In this document: piece by piece, positions 48,411-60,652 of the stretch | Layout: each line of letters opens with the position of its first letter | Numbering within the stretch: position 1 is the first letter of the stretch | Notes under the pieces: model-generated | Seen by the model: only the letters and a program-made list of their open reading frames with translations | Told to the model about the DNA's origin: nothing | Databases searched by the model: none | Made by a program: the position numbers and the translations under genes | Assembly: GCA_028534125.1 (NCBI GenBank) | Contig: CM052817.1 | Location: 5,210,001-5,274,000 of the forward strand | DNA length: 64,000 nucleotides | Source: Lama glama | Taxonomy: Eukaryota | Direction of reading: 5' to 3'

Positions 48411-48616
48411 GGTGGCCAGACCCACCCGACTGTGCAAGCCCCTGGCCCCCCCGCTCAGAAGGACCACCTGAGGGAACCTGGGATCCAGGAGCTGGACCAC
48501 AGCCTCCATCCATCTTTGACAGTGCCTGCTTTTTAATGTGGACATCACCTCTATGGCAGTAAACTCTTCATTTTGTTTTTAGCTGAGAATCTATTTTTTT
48601 AAATTTTTTAAATTGA

Positions 48617-48771
48617 TTTTTTAATTGAGGTATAGTCAGTTTATAATGTTGTGTCAATTTCTGGTGTACAGCACAATGCTTCAGTCATACATGAACATAC
48701 ATATATTCATTTTCATATTCTTTTTCACCATAAGCTACTACAAGATATTGAATATATTTCCCTGTGCTATA
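48617..48771 (-). mobile_element. Short 5'-truncated artiodactyl/camelid L1 3' UTR
   Basis: ttttttaattgaggtatagtcagtttataatgttgtgtcaatttctggtgtacagca...tccctgtgctata is the reverse complement of the 3' UTR type seen at 30460-30610. Confidence 0.85.
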
Positions 48772-49659
48772 AATTTTAAATTAATTTTTAAATTAATTTT
48801 TAAAATTATGTGTTAAGCCAACTTTGGAGTCCACTTGTCATTTCTGACTTTTTTTTTATCTCTGACTTCTTTAAGATGTCAGTTAGACCTAATTCTAAAA
48901 TGTTTTTTTCCTCCTCAATTTATGTATTTTATTTATTTGAGAAACCCTCTCTTTCTGTGTCTATTTTAGGGTGATTTCTAGGGAATCAATAGACCAACAA
49001 ATAATATGGCTGTTTTCTGTTTTTTCATAGAAATGCTCCCATTCGATACACGTCTCATTTGTGTTTACATTATGATGCAAACACAAACCCCCAGACCTCC
49101 CCTGACAAATTCCAGGGCTCAGTGGGAACACAGCGTGATGTACAATTAGCTTTAAATCATCGTAAATACCTCCTAACTCGCTTAGCTCCAGGCCCAAGAT
49201 GCTATCTGCTGGGGGAGATATCTCAGAGCTTAGGGAATCCTCTGCAGAAAAACACTCCCACTTAAGAGCCACCCCAGAGTCACAGGCAGCTGCCTCACCA
49301 ACCCACCTGCTTGGTAAAGAGTGAAAGTAGAGGCTGCATGTTGGTGAAACTGACACTCCGTTTTGACAATCGAACATGCTTCCGTAACACGGTGGAGACT
49401 GAGCAGTGAGCGGAGAGAGGGGAGTTTACTCTCCACTGAAAAGGTTCGGTGGAGAATTTCAGTGAGACCAGGGGCCAGGGGTAGGGAGCCGGGTGATGGC
49501 TTAGAACTAATAATAGCTAACTCAGATAGCCCTGGCAGAATAAAAGGCAGAGAGAGACAGATCCTTAGATACCCTTATCTTTGTATTCTGGCATTGGTTT
49601 GTTATTGGAAGCAAATATGGGAATAGCTCCCAGGAATTCAGAACAGGAAATAATAAGAC

Positions 49660-49852
49660 AGATGGATGGATGGATGGATGGATGGAAGGATGGATGGTTG
49701 GATGGATGGATAGGTGAGTGGGTCGGTAGATGCATGGATGGATAGATGGGTGGATGGACAAGTAGACAGGTGAGAGGGTAGGTAGACAGGTGAACAGGTG
49801 GATGGGTGGATATACAGGTGGGTGGGTATGGGGATGAGTGGATAGGTGGGTA
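49660..49852. repeat. (GGAT)n / (GGRT)n simple repeat
   Basis: Seen directly; it produces the HPSIHPS ORFs. Confidence 0.9.
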
Positions 49853-49929
49853 AACAGAATAAGCCTTTTCCCATCTTTATATGTAATTTCATTATAGCAG
49901 TCCCTCTTCAACATTCACAGATCTTTTAT

Positions 49930-51197
49930 TTTAAAAATTGCCATCAAGCACTGAATATAGTAAAATAGGGACTCTGTGTCCACTGCTAGTGGACATATAA
50001 ACTGGTACAGCATTTCCAGATGTAAAGCTTGTGGAGAATCTTGAAAAGATTGGTGCACGACAATGTTTACACTGGCGCAACAGTAGCCAAGAGGGGGAAG
50101 CAGCCTGAACGGCCGATGGAGAAGCAAAATGTATTCCATACATACAACGGAATATTCAGCCTTAAAAGGGAAGGAAGTTCTTTTTTTAAACAATTTTTAA
50201 TAGTTCAACTAAAAACAGAAGAATATTGATCAGACTTGCTACTGATCTAACGCTGACCGCTGGTCCTCCCCGTGGGAACACACAGCAGCTGAGAGAGAAC
50301 TGTTCTCCCAGGAACATGCTGGGTTGGTAGAGCTTCACCCATGTGCCCTTTTCATTCCTTATTGTGCCAAGGGCATGGCTTTGGTTTCTGTCTCGTTTTG
50401 TTTTTCCAGCTTTATTGAAGTATATTTGACAAAGAAAATTGTACATATTTAAAGTGATGATTTGATATGTATACATCTCAATTTAAATAACAAATCCTCA
50501 CGTCACACGGCTACTTTTTACCTTTTGACCAGCATCTCCCCATCTTTCCCCACCCCCCACCAGCCTCTGGCAACCACCATTCAACACTCTGTTTCTGTAA
50601 GCTTGACTTTTTTTTTCCCCTCGTATTCCACATATAAGTGATACCATGCGGTATCTGTCTTTCTCTGCCTGGCTTTTGTTTCAGATCTATACCTAGAAGT
50701 AGGATTGCTGGGTCTTACGATAGTTCTATTTTCAATATTTTGAGCAATCTCTGTACTGTCTTCCATAATGGCTATAGCAATTTACATTTCTGCCCACAGT
50801 GTACAAATGTTCTCTTTTCTCCACATAAAAGGAAGGAAATTCTGGTACATGCTACAATATGGATGAACTTTGAGGACACTATGCTAAGTGAAGTAAGCCA
50901 GCACAGAAGGACAAACACTGTATGATTCTACTTACATGAGGTACCAGAGTAGTCAAATCTATAGAGACAGAAAGTAGAGCGGCTGATTGCCAGGAGTAGG
51001 GAAGTGGGTAATGGGTGTCAGTATTTAATGGACAGAGTTTCTGTTTGGGAAGATGAAAAAGTTCTCAGTGATGGTGATGGTTGTATAACAATGTGAATTG
51101 CCTTAATGCCACTGAACTGCATGTACACTTAAAAAAACAATTAAAATGATTTAACTTTCATGTTGATCTATATTTTCCCACAATTAAAAAATAAAAA
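49930..51197 (+). mobile_element. Old L1MB-type 3' end, interrupted at 50182-50825 by a younger antisense insertion
   Basis: ...ggaatattcagccttaaaagggaaggaagttct | taaaaggaaggaaattctggtacatgctacaatatggatgaac...: the element resumes at a duplicated junction. Confidence 0.75.
50396..50825 (-). mobile_element. L1MA9/10-like 3' end with internal deletions
   Basis: ccagctttattgaagtata...ctctggcaaccaccatt...atacctagaagtaggattgctgggtc...ttttctccaca. Confidence 0.85.
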
Positions 51198-51863
51198 GAT
51201 TGATGCTCTCTGACCCACTGTAAAGCTACTTAGAGCCATCAATCCTTAGGAGATACAGTAAAAGGCAGGCAAAAAATTATGTGCAGTTATGTTCACCACC
51301 CGATTATTTACTGGAAACAAATTAATGTCCAGAAATTGAGGACTGGTTGAGAAATGATGGTACATCTACGCTAAAGATTATCATGCATCCATTAAAAATG
51401 AGATTTTCAAAATTGTTTTAAAGAAATGGATAATATGTAAGATCATTTTTATATTATAAAAACAGAACACAAAATTGTATATGTAAATTATTAATAAGCT
51501 CATGAAGAAAAAAAATAACTAGAGAGACAACTATAAAGAAATTGGCCAAAACATGACTTCCAGCCCTCTGAATAGTGGGGTGATGGATAGCTTTTTGACT
51601 TTGTATGTGTTTATGTTCTCTCCAAATTTCCCACAGCATTCACGTGTTCTGGTGGGTGGAGTTAGGCGATTGGATAGGAGCAAGAAATAAGGGTAATCTT
51701 CTCTCCCCTGGAGCAAAGTCATTTTCAGATTTACTTGATGGTGAGGGAACTTGGTCTAAATTGACATCAGGATGGTGTATGCAGAGAAATACATTAGCGG
51801 CAACCAGGAAGGGAACTTCCAAAAGCGCACGCAAGAGATTGGGAGCCAGTGAATGGAAGATTA

Positions 51864-51915
51864 GGTGGGCGTGGCAGTGACGGTGGTGGGCGTGGCAGTG
51901 ACGGTGGTGGGCGTG
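51864..51915. repeat. 21-bp tandem repeat (ggtgggcgtggcagtgacggt) x about 2.5
   Basis: Two identical units at 51864-51884 and 51885-51905, plus a 10-nt partial unit. Confidence 0.95.
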
Positions 51916-53909
51916 ACCTGAAGGGTGTGGGCGTGGTCTGGAAGGAGGATGGGTGTGGTCACGGCTGGTCTCCTGACAAGAGATGCTTTAGTGAGCACTT
52001 CAACAGACCTCAGAGAGTGAAAAATACAGATTCCTTCTCCTGGGGTGAACAAGCCAGGCAGGACATTTCAAGAAAGTCGAAGGAAAAGTGCTCAGGGAGG
52101 AGGCAGTGTCAATTAAGAGCTTTTCAGAACTAAATACATTATTGAAATAGCCAAGGGGGCTTTTTATACTAGGGGTTAGGATGAAGAACAGTTGTTCCGG
52201 GAAATGTTTTAAATGAGAGGACCATACACAAACATTTAATTCCGGAAAGTTGCCCATTAGTTATTATTAAAATTACTCATTAATTCTGCAAATACTTATT
52301 GACGCCTACTGTGCCAGCACTGCTCTGGGCTCTTGGGGACACCTCCGTGAACAAAACAAACAAAATCCCTGCTCTCATGGCACTTACGTTCTAAGAGGAA
52401 CAAATGACAATAAACGTCATAAACATGGCCAAAGGAAGCTGTGCGCCTACTGCGTGCCAGGTGCCATCCCCATGCTGCGGATGAAAAAACTCGAACATCT
52501 GTTGGCTCCCGCTCCACTACATCTTCGCCCCTGTCTGTAATGACCTCGCTGGACTCAGGGCAGCATGCAAATGATAAATAAAGAGCCCGATACATGGAAC
52601 ATTGCCCACAGCCTAATCCAGCGCCAGCACAGGGCAGGCACACAGTGAACTCTTGCTGAATAAATCAGCGCATTGAAAGGTAGATGAATGAATGCATCAA
52701 TTAATCAATTAATGACCACTTTCACTCGGAAGGTGGAAGGATGAGGGTTCTAGGAAGATAGCTGAACCAGGAAAGAGGGGCTTGCCAGTATGAGGACCTA
52801 CTATGTGCCTGGCACTCTCTGTCCATGTAAGACCCATCCCCGACCCTGAGCACTCAGAGTTACGGCCAAAGGTTACATGCCCTGCCCACAGTCCTTCCTA
52901 CACGAGCATGTGGGGACCCAGGGCTCACATCCAGGTCTGTCTGCCCCTGCCAGTCCCCTCCTCCGGGAATCCCTGTGAAACTCCTGAGCTGCTAACTTCT
53001 TGAAAACACCATTGTTTTTCGCCCCAGGGAAGTGCCCCCTGGAGAATTTCCCCCTGGAATCTAGCTGGGTTTGCTGCAGTGGTGGCTCAGGGCGGTGCCT
53101 CAGCCTGGCTCTTTGTCCATCTTTATCTAACAAGTTCCTTCTAATTGGGATTGTTTGTGGGGGTTCTCCTCAGCCCTACAAATTGCTGTCAATAAATTCA
53201 GGGCCCGAGGCCGTCCTGGGGGCTGACTCGGTTTAAATCTCATCTCAGTTGGAAGTTGATAAGAAGGGCCTGAGGTCTTCTGGAGGAGCTGGAAGGTACT
53301 GGGAGTCGCGCAGGCCTCGCCCCGCCCCCACCCCAAGCAGCCCTCCCTCTCCAGGCTCAGCTGACAGCAGGTATTTACTCTCTGGGACCTGGAGACGCTG
53401 TTCTTGTAATGACCTGATGGCTGGTGAGCCGCTGCTGTTTGGAGAGGCCATAAATTAAACCTGGAATTCCCAGGATAAACACCGTCAGGATTTATTCCTG
53501 TGGCTGCTCTCCAGAGCGCTGGCTTCAGGGCCAGCACCAGGCACGTTTTTTTGCGGAGCCAGGGCGCAGGGAGGAGCCCCAGCCCCTCCTCAGCGCCAGA
53601 GAGAAGGCTCCCTCCCCAGTGGATGGAAACTTCCGCTCTGGGAGGGAGGAGGGCGCTCTGAGGAGGCGGGACTTGGGAAGCAGCGTGGACTATTCCCCTG
53701 GTTCACCTCCCCAGCAAATGCTATTTTTCTGCCCCTTCTGCAACAGGTCTTAGCTCCAGCAATGCCTGGTGCAGTGCAGAGGACATGTTTTTGGAAGCGG
53801 GAGGTGGGCTTGGAGGCCAGCCGGGGGATACAGAGCAGCTTCCGCAGCTCCCTGAGCCTCGGGGTCTTCATCCATAAAGTGGGAGATCAGCCCACTCGTG
53901 TGTGGGGCG

Positions 53910-54294
53910 TGTATGAGACAGCTTGGCCACCATAACCAAATTCAAGACCCGGGCCACGTAAACAAGAGGAACTTACTTTCTCACAGTTCTGGAGATGGAA
54001 GTCCGAGATCAAGATGTCAGCAGGGTTGGTACCTTCTGAGGCCTCTCTCTTTGGTGTGTAGATGCCCATCTCCTCCCTGTGTCCTCACGTGGTCACCCCT
54101 TTGTGCGCCTCTGTGTCCTCAACTCCTCTTCTTGTAAGGACACCAGTCCCATTGGATTGGACCCACCCGTGAGACCTCATTTTACCCTAATTAACTCTTT
54201 AAAGACACTATCTCGAAATGCAGTCACATTCTGAGGTCCTGGGAGTTAAAGTGTCGACATGCGGATTTTGGGGGACACAGATCAGCCCATAGCA
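53910..54294 (-). mobile_element. MaLR solo LTR, MLT1A/B-like
   Basis: tctcacagttctggagatggaagtccgagatcaagatgtcagcagggttgg...cagtcacattctgaggtcctggg; TSD gggcg/gtgcg. Confidence 0.9.
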
Positions 54295-54617
54295 GTGCGC
54301 ACGGAACTGACTTGTCTCCAGGGCCTTGGGTCATCCTTCCTGAGAAGCTGCATCCACCAGATGCTCAGAGACACATCTCCCGTGAAAGGGAAAGAAGAAC
54401 CCGTACGTGCTGAGCACCGGCTACGTGTCAGACAGTGTGCTCCGGGCTTCACGTACAGATCTTTGTGTGGAACCCGGTGTGTTAAGGGATTGTGCATGTT
54501 TGTGTGTGTGCATTTTGTTTCCTACTGGGAACTGGGGGTGGAAATTCTACCATGGGGTAGGGACTTACATGAGCTCTGGGGCCTCTAGAGTTTGGGAAGA
54601 ATGACTGTTGTTTACAC

Positions 54618-55140
54618 TTATTCATTCATCCAGTAAATTTAAACTGACTTTCTATTCTGGCCAGGCATTGTTTTGGGCAAACAACATACAAAAATCTCTG
54701 TCCCAGTGGAGACTGCATTCTAGTGGAGGGAGACAGATCATCAGTAGACATAGTTAGGGAGTCAGATAATAAGTTAGGGGAGCAGGTGCTAAGGGGAAAC
54801 AGGGGCAGTGCCTCCCAAAGGGGCAGGGGAAAGCTATACTGTCAATATAGGGTAGTCCTGACAGGAGATGAGCTAAGCAAGGATTTGAAGGAGGGAAGGA
54901 AGTTAGCTGTGCAGATGTTCAAAGGAAGTATATTCCTGGCACAGGGAACAGCCAGTGCAAAGGCCCTGTGGCTGGTGTGATAGGCGCAGTGGAGGCCAGT
55001 GGGGCTGGACAGTCAGCACAGGGGAGTTGAGGGAGAAGAGGCCAGAAGTTAATGAGGCCCATGTCAGGTCAGGCTCTATGGCCTTGCTTTTTCCCTCAGG
55101 GAAATGGGAGTTGTCGGAGGGTGAGAATTAGTGAGAGGAA
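54618..55140 (-). mobile_element. L2 LINE 3' fragment
   Basis: ttattcattcatccag...ccaggcattg...gggaacagccagtgcaaaggccctgtgg. Confidence 0.8.
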
Positions 55141-56307
55141 GAATCAGGGTGAATTCAGGAAAACCATGGGATGAAACACCACTTCAAGCAACCCCCCCAT
55201 GACCCAGGCCATGGGCTGGCAGATCAACGAGAGCTGGCTGCAGGCGATGTCAGGTCTCTGACCCCCCAACTCTTGGGGAAGCCAGGTGCCAATTTCCCAG
55301 CCGGAACATCAGCATTTAAGATCTCACGCAGTATAAAATGGTATCAACCATTAGGAATGGCGGTATTGATGTGGGTGAGCACAGAGAGTCCTGATAAATC
55401 GTTTACTGGCGGAAAAAAAGAAAAAAGCTCCAAACCACAGGTGGGAAGCAGTATAATAAGTGGTTAAACGTTGGGGCTCTGGAGGCCGACTGCTGGGTTT
55501 GAACCCCAAGGCTGCAGCTTGCCTTGTAGGCTCGGGCCGACTTCAAGCTGTGTGGTGTCACATGTATGGTCTTGTTCCTGCTTTGTAAAGGGGGACTTGC
55601 GCGTGCATGTACATCCCTGTGCACAGAACTGAAGGTGAGGAAGGATGCTTGCCAAGCCACGGAGGAAGTCATGTGGGACGGAGGGTAACTAGGAATATGG
55701 TGGCCTCAGCCTCCTCTCGGCTTAGGGATTGCAGAGCCTCCGGAGCAATGGCCTCCCCACTCCCAGACACACCGCACCCCCACCCCCACCGCTGATCATC
55801 TGGGAAGAGATAAGTAGGCTTCATTCTCCTGATGCTTCCAGGGAGAGGTGGGCAGTAAATGGCTAATTTACAGGAACTTTTCCAACTACGAGGTCCTTAA
55901 GATCCAGCAGGATTGTTTCAGAAGACCTGAGGCTGTGGAGTCAGACGGGTGATCGGAGACCCAGGCACTGACATGAAGCAGCCCAGTGCGGGAGATGGGA
56001 GGTGGGAGGCGGCCTCCATCAAGTCCCCCTGTGCATCGGATAAGGTCCCGGTGGTGGAGAGAGGAAAGGCAGCCCTCCTAACCCCACCCAGAGCGGGAGC
56101 TGGCAGGCAGCGCCTTCAGTCCGCCAGGACGTGACTTCTAGGAGAAAGTGGGACATTGACAGGAGGAAAAGCACACCAGGAATTGATTTTCTGTGCCTGG
56201 ACCTCAGAACCCAGAAGGACACGTCCCCAGTAAGCCGTCTCAGACAGGAGCCGCAGATCCTGGTGTGCGGCTCAGGCCGGGCGTCCAAAAGCGCGTGTGT
56301 TAGTGGC

Positions 56308-56656
56308 TGTCGTGGGCTGGACTGCATCGTGTCCCTCCCTGAAGTCATATGTGGGTGTCCTCACTCTCAACACCTCAAATGTGACTGTATTTGAAGGTAG
56401 GGTGTTTAAAGAGGCATTTAAGGTTTAGTAAGGTCACTGGGGTGGGCACTGATCCAATCTGACTGGTGGCCACGTGTGAGGAGAGGGGGACACGGAGACA
56501 AGCAGAGGACAGCTCACGCGAGGGCCCAGGGGGAAGATGCCGTCTATACCAGGCGAGAGGACTCAGGAGAAATCACTCCTGCCGACACCTTGATCGTGGA
56601 CTTTCAGCCCCCAGAACTGCGAGAAAATACATTTCTGTTGTTTCAGCCACTCATGC
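56308..56656 (+). mobile_element. MaLR solo LTR, MLT1A/B-like, 3'-truncated
   Basis: aatgtgactgtatttgaaggtaggg...cctgccgacaccttgatcgtggactttcagcccccagaactgcgagaaaatacatttctgttgttt. Confidence 0.85.
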
Positions 56657-57560
56657 AGCGGCTAATTTTTAAAAATTGGGAGATTGCAAGCGGAAATCCA
56701 AATTTCCATGTCCTCTTTAAAAACCGGAAGTTGTGCCTCCCTGGGCTCATTCCCTCCGGGCTGAAGCTGGCGGCGACCGTCCCCTTCAACAGGCCATCGG
56801 CCCCATCCAGCCTCACCCCCTGGCCCTTGTTTTCTGGCCCCAGTTGGCATTTGTGTCTACAGCTCCTAAATGTGACTGCTAATCCTGGACACAGGCCTTG
56901 GGACAGAGATTTGATTAAATGTAGAGGCCAAGGCTTTTCAGCTGGAGACTTAACGTCCCTGTTCCCTGCAGGTCCAGAAGAATTGCTGTGATTGACAGTA
57001 ATAATTTCTCTTATTGTTGCTGTGAACTGGGCGCTTGTCATATGCCCACCTGTGCTGCTTGTGTTTTTCAATCCTCAAAACAACCCAATGAAAGCGTAGT
57101 ACTGTTCCCATTTTACAGATGGGGAAACTGAGGCCCACACCCAATAAGTGACGTGTCACAGGTACACTGCTGTGAAATGAGAGGACAGTCATTCAAGGTC
57201 ACTCCTGTTTGATTTTCTCACCATGTTCTCCTTTGTAAAGAAGAGTTACCTTTGACCTAAGGAAGTGGTCTGGGTGGGAGAAAGAAACCGGAGGTGGGAG
57301 TCAGGAACCCTCCATTTAGGGAGGCCCCAGCTCGCAGTGAACATGGGTGCCCACAAGGCGCTGGCTGTCCTGCATCCCATCACCCCATCCACCCCAGAAG
57401 TGGCCACAACAATGACTTTGGGCTTCGCCTTACACGTTGATAAGGAGGATCAGCTACAATCAGACATTTTCAAAAGGAAATAACATTTCCAAAGGGAAAA
57501 GTTTATTAGGGAAAGGATGTTATGCTGCAGCTCCCAAACCAAGCAAACCCAGAACAACAG

Positions 57561-58103
57561 TGTTGCAGGAACATGGGGGGCCAAAGGATGGCCATGCCCC
57601 AGGGCTTGGGCAAGTCCTTGGGACTCGCCCCATCAAGCGAGGGTCCTTGCCTTCACACAGGAAAGAATTCAAGAGCGAGTCATGGTGGAGTGAAGGCAGA
57701 TTTATTCAGAGATGCACACTCCATAGACAGAGTGCGGGCCCCTCTGCAGGCGAGAGGGGGAGAGGTGGGAGGCCGCCAGGTGCAGGCTTGTTAATTTTTA
57801 TGGGCTCGGTAATTTCATAGGCTAACAAGTGGAAGGACTAGTCCAGCTATTTTGAGGAAGGGGTGGCGATTCCCAGGAAGTGGGCCCCACCCACTTTTTG
57901 ACGTTATGGTCGGCCTTGGCACGGTCAGGGCACCTGTGGGTGTGTCACTTCGTATGCTAATGTATTACAATGAGTGTTTAATGAGGCTCCCATTCCACTG
58001 CGAGTTGAATCTCCCACCATCTTGGTTCTGACCAGTTAACCTGTCCACAAAGGCTGTGTCATTCTTTTCATGGTTGTTCCCTGTCCCCTTCCCTCCTGTC
58101 TCA
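57561..58103 (-). mobile_element. ERV1-like solo LTR
   Basis: tg...ca termini (tgttgcagg...ctgtctca); AATAAA on the minus strand (tttatt at 57701-57706); caggaaagaattcaagagcgag motif; no clear TSD. Confidence 0.75.
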
Positions 58104-59414
58104 TTAAGAAAAACAAACTTGAATGTTAGTTTTTAATACAAAATAACCTGGGAATGTTCAGGCTGTTTACACTGGGGCTTCTGTCTCCATTTCACAAACA
58201 AGCACCCCCCCCCACCTCAACCCCTGGCCTCAGGACGTCACCGCCTAGCCACCATACATGCAAATATAGGTAAACTCTAGCTGAACGGGTCGGGCAGGGG
58301 GCAGAGCACCAGAGCCCAGGTGTGGCCCAGGTGTGGGCCTCTCTGTGCCTCAGCTTCCTCACCTGTAAAATGGAGCTCTTGCCTGCTGTGAGAAGGTTCC
58401 TTCTGATTCTGCAAGCTCAAAGCCCCTTTCTGAGCCCGGATGCTGTGGTTTTCCTGACAGTTCAAGAGCCACAAGGGAGGGTCATTGGAAGCCAAGTGTC
58501 CTCCCCGGTGACCAAGTGCAGGACACTCCTGGTGGGTGAGTAGGGTTCCTGGCGGGAATAGAGAGGGCCTTCCTTGCCTTTCTAGGAGGGAGGGTCACTC
58601 TGTGGTCTGGCAGGACACCTGTCCTGTGCTGCCCCTAACCCAGCATGAGCTACCCCAGCTGCCTTCCTGAAGTTCCAGGAATCTGCCCCCACTGGTTCAC
58701 CCACCATGATAACAATGAAGACCTCTAACATGTATTGAGTGCTCACTGGAGTGAACCCCCATTTCACAAAGCAGGACACTGAGGTGCAGCAAGGTCACAC
58801 GGCTGGTGAGTGACAGGGCCAGGATTTGAACCCAGACACCCGGGCCCCAGTGCCTGCACTTGGGCTCTGGCTAGGGTAATGTCTTCTGCCCCATCTACTT
58901 AGGGATCCCTTAAGCTCAAATCCAAGGCCAACCTCCTGTCAGAAGCCTCTCCCGGCCACCTTCTAACCACAACAAAATGAGAATCTAGCCCTCTTTGTGC
59001 CACTCTGTAGCCCTGGGCACCCATGCGCACACACCAGGCACTTTACATCCCTGCTGGCTGCCCCCACAGGACACGAGCAAGGTGGCCATTGTCATCACTG
59101 TTTAACGATGAGGTCCCGAGGCTCAGGACATTTAAGTAACTCAACCAGGCTGCAATGCTGTTGAGTGCTGGAGGCAGGATTTGAACTCAGGTCCACTGGA
59201 CTTCAGAGCTCCTGGGTTTCCACTTGCCTTTCAAATACAGCTGCTGTCACTTGTCACCCTGACATGCAGTTCTGCCTTTACAGGGCTGCCTCTGGGGTGG
59301 GGCTCATACCTGACACATCCCTGATGCCAGGAGCCAGCCCCGGGTCTGGAAGGAGCTGGCTCTCAGGACCCGGGTGCCAGATGCCCATGGCAGGGGTGCG
59401 GATTGGGAAGATGC

Positions 59415-59900
59415 TTCATTCCCCTGACACACATTTATGAATGCCTGCAAGAGGCCAGGTGCTGTTCTAGGCACTGGGGAATTAGTGGAGAACAAAATAG
59501 AAATGTTCCTGCCCTCATGAAGCTTGAATTCTACTGGGCAGAGACAGACAACCAAAAAAAAAAAGTCCAGTGTCAGCTGGACGATTGTGAGTTCTGGGAA
59601 GAGAAAGACAGCAGTGGGGGTGATGGAGACAGGGGTGGGGCTCACTGTTTCATATCGGGTGATCAGGGAAGGCCTTCTGGTCAGAGGATGTTTGAGCAGA
59701 GACTTAAAGGAAGGGAGAAACTGGGGAGGTGGGGAGATCCAGGCGGAGAACAGCAGCTGTGAAGGCTGAGTGACGATGGAGCTGGCTACTGGATCAGGAG
59801 AAGGGGGCGGGGCCAGGCTCCAGCGATGCCCAGCAGTGCAGGGGAAAAAGAAGGCCACCAGACGAGGTCTGATGATAAAGTGAGGCAGGTTTCTCCAGCC
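59415..59900 (-). mobile_element. L2 LINE 3' fragment
   Basis: catttatgaatgcctgc...ccaggtgctgttctaggcactgggga...cctgccctcatgaagcttgaattcta...tcagggaaggccttct...tttgagcagagactt. Confidence 0.85.
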
Positions 59901-60519
59901 AGGGACATTGGAGGGCATTGACAAGCCTTCTGATGGCGCAAGTGTGGAAGAGCACACACGGTACCCCCAAGCGTATGTGACCCCAAAAAGCACATCCAGG
60001 ATAAACATTCCCCAGAAAATGTGTTGTAAGGATGGAGAGCGATTTGCTGCAGGGGCTGTGTTCTGAGCTTGAAAGGAGAATGTGGCCTGACACCCTTGAG
60101 ATGTGATCCTGGGGGAAACAGACATGATCTCCTGGTAGGTGCTCCCGACAGCTGCCCTGGGAGGTGATGAGGTGAAAAAAAAAAACCCTGTGGGAATGTT
60201 GGCAAGTGTCTCAACCTCTCCAAGCCTCAACTTGAGATTGCTTCCTGCCCTGGAGTTTTGCAAGAACTAAATGACTCAACTTGTGGGGAAAGGTCAACCG
60301 TGAAGTGCTGAATAATTCTGAGTCATCAAGTCTCTTAACAATGGTTTAAGACATTAACTGTCCCAAAATACACTTGCATGTCAACAGGGGCCTTCCTGAA
60401 AGGCAAAACCTGAGTCAAAAGAGTGGCATTAAGGATAAAAATACTGACTCGCCCCCAAAGGCACAAATAAGGATGAATAATAAAAACAACAACAACAAAA
60501 GCGAAGATTTACCACTCAT

Positions 60520-60652
60520 CTCTGCCATTTGCCTTTTACAAATATTACCTCTATTAGTGGTGACCCTATGGGATAGACATATTATTTTATAGATGGGGAA
60601 ACCAAGCCTCAGAGAGGTTAAGTAATCTGCCCAAGGACACACAGCAGGTAAG
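60520..60652 (-). mobile_element. MIR SINE
   Basis: ttttatagatggggaaaccaagcctcagagaggttaagtaatctgcccaaggacacacagc. Confidence 0.85.

Noticed and set aside
49522..49914. HPSIHPS repeat protein
   Set aside because: Translation of the (GGAT)n simple repeat.
51864..51915. CRISPR-like array
   Set aside because: Head-to-tail tandem units with no spacers, in eukaryotic DNA with no cas genes.
8801..58103. The two ERV1-like LTRs as the ends of one provirus
   Set aside because: They are 48 kb apart, share only short motifs, and have no gag/pol/env sequence between them.
59304..60263. Longest ORF (319 aa, minus strand)
   Set aside because: Runs through a decayed L2, has no ATG start and no recognisable domain; consistent with a chance ORF.
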